Assembly: GCA_905331295.1 (NCBI GenBank)
Contig: CAJNYD010000062.1
Location: 310,001-374,000, forward strand
Direction of reading: 5' to 3'
Length of the DNA stretch: 64,000 nucleotides
From: Rotaria socialis
Taxonomy: Eukaryota
Positions 53,791 to 64,000 of the stretch are shown here, one piece after another. A program made the translations under genes and the position numbers. Every line of letters starts with the position of its first letter. Positions within the stretch are counted from its first letter, which is position 1. Below the pieces are notes generated by a model that had not been told where the DNA came from, searched no databases, and was given only the letters and a program-made list of their open reading frames with translations.

Positions 53791-56330
53791 TTAATTTTTT
53801 GTTCGCAACATTAATGCTTTTGGATTCATAAAACTAAAATTCGGTAATGGGTCACCAACGGGTTTCGTATCCTCGTTTGATAATCTGGATGAACCTGGAA
53901 ATAGATCGATTGTTTTTATTGGCGTTGAATTTTGTTGATCGATTGTGCTAGTATTTCGATGTACTATTGCTGGAGAATGAGTTTGTTCTTCTTGATTCAA
54001 TGTAGAAGTTTGCATTGGCCCAATAGTATAATCAAGATCGAGAGATTTGTTTACATCAATAACTGAAAAAAAGAAATATTTTTGCTAAATAGAATGGTTT
54101 ACATACATGTATCTTTATCGAAAACAAAACGGCAGATATGTAGACAGATTTATTACACTAGCTTACCTTTATCTTCACTATGAATTGATTTGATTGAAAG
54201 AGATGAGCTATCATTATCTACATATGCATAAAGAATGGATTAGTTGACATCTTCTATCTAAATTTTATGGTAAAATTGAATATTAGATTCTTACCAGTGA
54301 GTAGATTTTCTGGACTTCTCTGTTGCCAGTGACCAGCCAGACTCATAGCAGCTTCTTGTGATAACTATTGAAAAAAATGAAGATGCATTTTTGATTATAT
54401 GAGTCAAAGGTAACATTACTTTCTTTTCGCTATTATTATTTAAGGTTGTTCTTGGAACCACTAATGTTGAAAGACTCGAAGTTAGAGGAACAGCTTTAGT
54501 CTAGAATTGAGTTTTGTTATCTGAATCAATAAGAACTTGTTTGTTCAAGTCATACATGAAAACGTTTATGAACACCTAGTGCTCGATGAAATAAACGTTC
54601 AATATTTGATTTATGCCATTGATATTGAATTCCTAATGGATCATTTGCTATATTTGATAACATAGTCCATAATCTAAATATATACATAGATTAAGACATA
54701 ATTTAAGAGATGAACAACTGACGATAGACTATGTTTAAAACATGCTAATGATTGTTTTTCATTTTTCCATGCAATAAAAGATGGTAATTCCAACGGAATA
54801 CAATTATCAACAACTTCAGACAATTTCATAGATTCTAATGGAAAACAAGTCGATATTAGAGATTGTGAACCGACTTGTAGTTGACCATAATCACCAACAA
54901 TATCGCCATAATGATTTATTTTTAGTGATTGTTTTTCAGTCGATGATTCGCCAGCATATTGATTAGAATGTATTTGATTCGATTCGAAACGTCCCCAATC
55001 ATCTTCTATTACGTTCGATGTTGTTGTGGTCAGAGCATTCTAAAATATAATTTACCGTGTTGAGATCAGAAGCAACGACTATATAAAATCCAATTGAAAA
55101 GGAAAAAAACGTGTCATTCCCAAATAATACTATTTAGTAGTTCATTTTTTCTTGAACAACAAAATTTAAGATATTTGCGTTTTTAAAACAAATTATTCTA
55201 TAATTTCCATAGAAACGAAATTCTTTAGAGAAACCACATAGATCTTCAGTAGTGTAAGATTTAGTTGATTGTGATGTTGCATTTTGTACAGAATGCAACG
55301 CTTTACAATAATATTGAGTAAAAGTAAGTCGAAAAAAAAAACACAAACTTAAACCTATTAATTTTTTTTGTAAATACAGATTTGAAATTTTAGACAAAAA
55401 TTTACTAACGGTTGCCCAATCTAGTTCAAAAAGAAACCTTTAAATTGATATTATGGAAGAAAAATATATTCTGATTTTTGACTAATTTCTTTTAGTGATA
55501 GAAATATTAGTAAATAAAATCTACACAATATATATGTCGCAGTAGAATTTAAATTTCTACTAGTAGAAATTGAAATTCTACTGAATTTTACCTATAGTAG
55601 AAACTAAAATTTCAATTTCTACTAGTAGGATTTTAAATTCTACTGAATTTTAATTTCCACTACAACATATATACATATAGTGTACAGAAAGTCAGTGGAC
55701 GTAGAAAAATTTAAATATTTTCACGACTTTTCAATCAAATGAATCGATTTTTTCCTATGAGAATAGAAAACAGATAGAAGTATGTATGCATGAAACCAGC
55801 AAAATCTTATTCTCTATACAAGAAAAAACTATGTACAAACGTTTGTTCCAACTGATATACGTATAATGTGTACATACATGCGTGCTTTTGTACTTGTGAC
55901 TCTATTAAAAGCAAAAAGAGAAAAGAATAAATACTTCTATCTGTCCTCTATTCTCAGGAAAATAATCATAAGGATATTCAAATTTCACTATGTCGAATGA
56001 TGTTTTGGGCACCACATATGTACATATATGAAAATGCAATGTAAAATTTACCTCTGAATTCGGATTAACATTAGTTTGAAATGCATCGAAATTTGCCCAA
56101 CCACAATTATTAGTGATTGTTAAATTTTCCTGTTTTTCATTTATATTAATATCATGATCACTGTCAACTGATTTCCAATCATCATCGTCATCATCATCAT
56201 CATCATCATCATGGTTCTTCAATTTATTCAATACAATTGATGATAAAATTTGATTGCCTTCATCATTGCTACTTTTTAATGATGTTAACAATGTTTCATT
56301 TACAATGGGAAAGCTATTTTCCTGGCTCAT
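53791..56330 (-). CDS. AFTPH: Aftiphilin-like clathrin/AP-1 accessory protein, multi-exon
   Basis: Acidic N-terminus with WxxF motifs (GWANFDAF, DDWGRFES). LWTMLSNIANDPLGIQYQWHKSNIERLFHRALG resembles the aftiphilin conserved domain; C-terminal LPNFSFMNPKALM resembles LPDLSFM.AKVLM. Confidence 0.72.
55531..55671. repeat. Small palindromic MITE-like repeat in an aftiphilin intron
   Basis: TATATGTCGCAGTAGAA / TTCCACTACAACATATA termini, with internal palindromic units ATTTCTACTAGTAG repeated twice. Confidence 0.55.
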
Positions 56331-57348
56331 AACATCTAGACATAAATATAATCATTATTTTATATAAGAAAATTATGCAATAAAAATGTTTATAATGATT
56401 TGTGTTGCTGTGTTATTTAATAAACGTGTAAAATGAAGTTTTTCATGATCTGTAAAGATAAGAATAAACTTGCTCTTTTGCATTGAATTTTTTTCTCGGT
56501 GAATCTCTGTATGTTATCTTATTAAAATTCTTCACAATTTATGTTAATAACTCACACTACATCGACGTCATCATCCTATCGTTATTGTTAAAGCTCTGAT
56601 TCATAATTTCGTTGTTTCAATTATTGCTAATGATCTAAATTAAGTACCTTGATTCGAAATCGTTTTTACTAATAATAGAAATTGTCGATGATGTAATAAT
56701 CTTGATTGAATTCAAATCAATAGCTTATATTGCAGTTTTTTTTAAATGCACGTTTCATGTAGAAGAAAAATACTACCAAATTAACCTAAGTAGTCATTAA
56801 AATATTGGATAGCAATTAAAATCATTCATTCGGCTCAACTTTTACGTAAAAATTAATTCTCGTTTTGAACAATATTTTTTATTTGCAAAAATATCTAGAA
56901 ACCGACCATAGTAATTGTAGTACAGCTACAAACACCTCGATATGTTGGCGCTGATAGTTATTGAGTTTATGTTGAATGCTGACATCTCAAGGAAGAAATG
57001 AAGAAATATCTCTCCTTTTGTTTTTGCAACTTGTACTAACTATTTATAAAATTTATGTGGATAATAGTTTATTATTAATCTGAAATTTTTTATTCATAGA
57101 CAGTACGCTGTGATGAGGATGCGACAATTTCAATTTAAACAGACATTTTTACGAATTTTAACTGCATCTTGATTTATAGCACATGGGATAACTATATTTG
57201 TTAATTGTATTGCTGTTTTAAAAGTGTTGGCGATTGCTTTTCATACTGATCAAAGAAGGCTTATGTGCGATCATGAAATTTTTCTAAGCACAAATTATTA
57301 TTAAAGATAAAGTTTGGATTCGTAGTGTCTATGTTTGAGGGTTCATTT

Positions 57349-57792
57349 CAGAGTTGGAACCGGTCTAAAATTTTAAGACCGGCCCAGTCCGGCCGGTCCA
57401 AAACATTTTCCAAACTGGTGAAAGCCGGCAAGTTTACAATATTTTTTTCACATAAAAAATGAATGACAGGCGAAATTTCTTTGTAGTAGCTGATAATTCG
57501 GAAAAGGCCTAGCATTTCTCGCCGAATGATATTTCAAATTAAATTCAATCTTTAACAATAATGTTATGAAATAAATTAGACCCAGGAAACAAAGCTTTGA
57601 CTTTATTTTTCAACAATGAAACATTTTTTTTCATGAAATTCAACGGTTACTTTGATAAAAGCATGAAAAATTGGTTATTAATAGTTTTTGCAAGGAAAAT
57701 GACAGATCTATAAAAACATTTTCAACCGGCAAAAACCGGTGATGACCGGCCGGTCTAAACATTTTAACTGGTCCGGACCGGTTCCAACTCTG
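57349..57792. mobile_element. Non-autonomous hAT-like DNA transposon (MITE), 444 bp
   Basis: Perfect 17-bp TIR CAGAGTTGGAACCGGTC / GACCGGTTCCAACTCTG, 8-bp TSD GTTCATTT / GTTCATCT (one mismatch), subterminal ACCGG/CCGGT repeats. Confidence 0.9.
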
Positions 57793-60559
57793 GTTCATCT
57801 GTCTTTATAACATGATTAAATGAAGAGTTCATTTATTATTAATATATCCAGTCTAAAATTTCCTGTACGTAAGGAATCCCAGAGCAGAAAATAGAGCAAT
57901 ATCAGAATATCAGAGTAGTATTTGTATGATTTAAAATAAATGAATTTTTCTTAAAATGTCATAGTCTAAAATAGATTATTTATATAAATATAAATCTCTA
58001 TATGCAGTTGATTCAATCTGTGTGACCTGAGTTGCGTGTGACATGAGGTTTCTACATCACCATTGAATACATGATACATTCTCTGTGTTTATTTATCCGA
58101 TATCAATAAACGAAAGGTTATGAAATAGAGAAAAATAAAGAATGGCTCATAGCTCGTCATTCTATTCAATTTTTTGTACTAGCCTATCAATCAATAAAAA
58201 TATACATATATCTTTGGGGATTTTGACTCCCTGGTGACATAATTTTGCTGTAATAGATGTATACTGAGTTACTATATATAATTGCGAACACTCAGGTTCG
58301 TAGGTCTTTGTTCTGTTGAGTAATTATTACAAGAATAGAGTCAGTGGCGTGATACAACAAAAGAGAATAGTTCTCTCTAGACACTTTACGTTTTCATAAA
58401 TACTGTCTACTCGAAAATTATTTTTTTAACTAAGTACTGTCTTATATAGATAATTTCTTCATGCTAAAAAGTCTTCACTCATCATTTTTATTTCATATGC
58501 CAAACTACTTCAAAGCAACTAAATTTTGTTCGGTGTAGAAAGCAAGAGAGAGCGAGAATGCATATACAAACGAATAATCCAATTAAAATTCAATGAGAAT
58601 TTAAACAGGAAATTCCGAGTTTCGATATGATTCTACAACAAAAACAAATCTTGCTCTCAGCTATAGCCAGATCTTTGGGAAAACATTGCTAGAGAGAAAA
58701 GTTCAGTTTTTATACATTATTTTCAGCTTGGAGTCTAATATTTTTACAAATACTCAAGCTGAGAGATATTTTTGAAAGGGAAAATAATTCTTATTACGAA
58801 ACAAAGTCAAAGTATCCATAGTTTTGCCGTGTTTAGACAAATTTTGTTCACATACATATTCAATAGTAATGATGGTATTCGTTATATGTTTTAGCTTGAA
58901 TATGAATTGTTTAGTTTATGTTTTACAATCGAACAATACATATATGGATTAATTTGATTCTACATCAGACATAGCTAATATCAGTAAATTTCTCCTTGGG
59001 CAAAGATTCTTAGTCGGTAGTTTAAAAATATAATTCTTCAATTGTCGTATGTCTTCTATTATCTTGAAAGTCATACATCAGCAGGAAGTTTTTTTTCTTA
59101 ATATTCTGCTTGATTGTTATTTAAATTTAAAATATTACGAAAAAAATCAGAAATGATAGATCATTTTGTTTTTAGAAACTTGAGTCTAGAATAAAAAATA
59201 ATTTTATAATTGTAACAGACGATTAATTAAGTAGAATATTTCAAGAGGACTGCTATTTCACACTTTTTAAATCTTCATTATAATTTTGTGAGACGTTCCA
59301 TTGTATATATAGCATCATAAATTTTTTTAAGTACAGGAAACTTTTTTTTCAGAATTTTAGTTTTTTATGGGTGCCAAACGATCCGTATCTATTCTTTATT
59401 TCTAAGTATTATTCTCTCTCTCTCTGTTTTCAACGCCCAGCATATTTTGCTCTTTAGTATTGAACGACACGCTTGGATGAGAATTAAAAAAAGAAAGCAA
59501 TAACAATCTAGCATTAATAACAAAATGCCACTATAGAAAGGACATTCATATTTTCTAAAATTCAACAATTCGACGATGAGTAAAGAAGTGACTTAATAGA
59601 GCTTTTCTGAACTTTTTTATTTGATTCCAATCTATAGTTTAGAAATAAGTTTCTGTTTCATTTGATACTGTGTAAGAATAGTTTGTATCGTATTCAATGG
59701 TGTCGAGATATCATATTTCTAGGTTAGATTTGAGTTTACGAAAACTTATTTTCGTATGTTGTTAGTATAAAACAACTTTGATAATTATGTCCTTGTATTT
59801 TTTTTATTGTTTTTTATATAAACACTGCAGTACTTCACTTGATGATCATTTTTTTTCAGTCATCAACAACACAAATCATAATTTGAAAAAGGAATGAAGA
59901 CAGAAAAAAGTAATTTAAGTTGCTTTTTTTCTATTTACAGTTGGTAACATTTAAAGAAATTCAGAAATCTACAAGAGAAGTGAGTTTTCTCTGTAATAAA
60001 ATAAATACTGCATAGTAAAGGAATTTTCATAGAAGTAAAGATCATTCTTCTCTTTCAAGCTAGTCCAAGTAAGTTGACATATTCCATGAATTTTTACTCA
60101 CAGTAAAATACGAGTATCACCGATCTGTGATACTTACTTATCGTAGATCGGTTGGATAATAATAAGTCATACTAACATAAGCCAGTAGATATAGTAAAAT
60201 GCTATGACATGCAACAATAATATCTTAGCTCATTTGTCACACAAAATACAATATAGAAGAAAGTGTAGCCGAAATAATATGAAACAAAATCAACTGCACT
60301 TAACAATATTAGTTAGATCAATATGAAAGCGAGCATTTATCGATATTACTTATTGTGTATGAACGTCAACTAAATAGAATATATACTTATGAATAAGAAT
60401 GCTTTGCTAATTTTTCTACTAGTTTCGAATTCTAGAATTATTAAATAAATCCATTATTTCGTTGATATGAATGCAATCAATTTTACTTTCATATTATTTA
60501 CTTTTTCTATTATATAGGTTTACTTTCAACAGTGAAGTTTTCTTCAACAGCAACTACCA

Positions 60560-61057
60560 ATGATATCGCCAATACATTTTATCTGTGTTTTTACCATCTT
60601 ATCGAGTAATGTTTATAAATTTTATTAAAATTATCTCTCGATAATATTTTATTTAGTTGTTCTTACTGCCAATCTTACCTATGGTGCATCAGTTAATTTG
60701 AAAAATTCTGGTGCACTTAAATATAATATGAATACTCACGTAATCAACGGAAAACATGAGAATCAGTACGGTCCATCAAACCAATTATCTGCTGAAAAAG
60801 TTCATATCAATAAACGTCAATATCCGGCAAAAGGAATATCAAGAGGAAAACGTGAATATTCAACGGAAGGCATTCTATTAGGCAAACGCGCTTTTGCATC
60901 TGAAGGTATTCTTATTGGCAAACGTCGCTATCCAACAGAAGGCATCTTACTCGGTAAACGGCAATATCCAATTGAAGGAATTCTTTTAGGGAAACGCAAT
61001 TTACGTTTTCCTGATTCAAAAGCTTTTGAAACGGATAATATTCACTTCGACGATTAA
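60560..61057 (+). CDS. Neuropeptide precursor (148 aa; exons 60560-60605 and 60657-61057) encoding five amidated nonapeptides, four of them EGIL(L/I)-amides
   Basis: Spliced hydrophobic signal peptide MISPIHFICVFTILSIVLTANLTYG, then KR-QYPAKGISR-GKR-EYSTEGILL-GKR-AFASEGILI-GKR-RYPTEGILL-GKR-QYPIEGILL-GKR. Confidence 0.88.
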
Positions 61058-61576
61058 TTCAGATCTTAAAAATTTTCCGACTTTCAGTATTAAATTACAC
61101 ATTTATCATTTTAAACATTAATACAATATAAGATCTTTTGATAATTGTCATCCTCATGGCCGAAAAGAAAGAAAGAAGAAAAAATACAAACGTGAATAAC
61201 ATATTCATTTGTTTTTTCTTATTTAATAAATAATAAAAAACACTGCACAAGTAATACACATGAAACTGAACATTTTTACAGTATTACATAAGATAGAACA
61301 ATAACATTTAATTAAATGGTAATAGTATGAATGAACACGTCCTTTGTTTACAAAAGATCACCTATTGATCATTTATTGGTGTCTTTTATTAATGCTGAAT
61401 AAAATGTTAGAATCAAAAATAAACGCGAAGATAACGACAACTATTACAACAACAATAGAACAAAGAGCAGATACATAGAGACAAATAGAAACTGAAAATA
61501 TCAATTCATAAACGCGAAGAAAGCTGAGTCGTTGATAGAAAGTTTTTCTGCAATTTATTTTTGTTCAACATCATTT

Positions 61577-63444
<1,868 letters not shown>

Positions 63445-64000
63445 CTTTGTGATGACGACAATGTAATGTAATAAGTATATGAAAGGTGGTTTAACAATCA
63501 ATTTCTTCTTGTCAAAATACTTAAAATTTACAACTCAAAAAGTCATCTTAAAACGAAGAAAAAATGAAATTTATCGTCTAACAGAAGATTACAGCTATTT
63601 TAGTCGAGTAAAGTTAGGAAACAAAAAGTCTTATATTTTTGTACTTGCTTCAATTAACCGATATGTGGAAGACCGACAGGCAGAAATAATATGGAATAGA
63701 ATGACTCATAGAAAGATATCAACAGCAGTATGTGCCATAAAGTTGACGGCATAGTAATTGAAAAGCAGATTGTATGATTTTCAAAAAAAGTGCTTCAAAA
63801 AGTTGAATGAAGATGATAAACGAAATTTGAGAACCAAATAAAATTGTTTTCTTCTCAAAGTACCCTAGATGGCAGAAGCAGTCTTTTTAGACTTATTGTA
63901 TAAAAGATATTTTTTCACAACAGGTATGTATCTCATCGAACCATTGCTATTATCATCTATTGTTCCGAGAGTTTTTCAAAATAAATACTTATTCTATTCT

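Noticed and set aside
58716..58770. Imperfect hairpin TCAGCTTG(G)AGT...ACTCAAGCTGA as a pre-miRNA
   Set aside because: Short stem with a long AT-rich loop; plausible by chance and no recognisable mature miRNA.
60818..60997. 36-bp periodic repeats as a CRISPR array or minisatellite
   Set aside because: Eukaryotic context, no repeat-spacer structure, and variation is concentrated at synonymous codon positions, so this is a coding peptide repeat.

Overview
AT-rich, gene-dense eukaryotic (metazoan) DNA with many short GT-AG introns of about 45-70 bp. This style, plus the protostome-type gene set, suggests a bdelloid rotifer; that is an inference, not shown directly. After manual splicing I can support about 17 genes: a claudin/PMP22-like protein, TBX1/org-1, LRRC14/PRAME-like, an RBM4/lark-like RRM protein, NUDT17, PTRH2, KCTD10, SPCS1, NEK1, GPLD1, an A20/OTUD7-like deubiquitinase, UBXN11, TOMM20, a decayed ARF GTPase, aftiphilin, a neuropeptide precursor and VPS4. 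Mobile DNA comprises a dead 5'-truncated APE-RT LINE with a 14-bp target-site duplication (TSD) and a MITE nested in its RT domain, several other MITEs, and a ~600-bp foldback element. Three single-N joins occur (7288, 9666, 15005); the first two carry duplicated or inverted sequence that looks like assembly or amplification artefact. The most novel-looking item is a secreted precursor encoding five GKR-flanked nonapeptides, four ending in EGIL(L/I)-amide, which I cannot assign to a known family. Exon coordinates were read by eye and may be off by a few bases.
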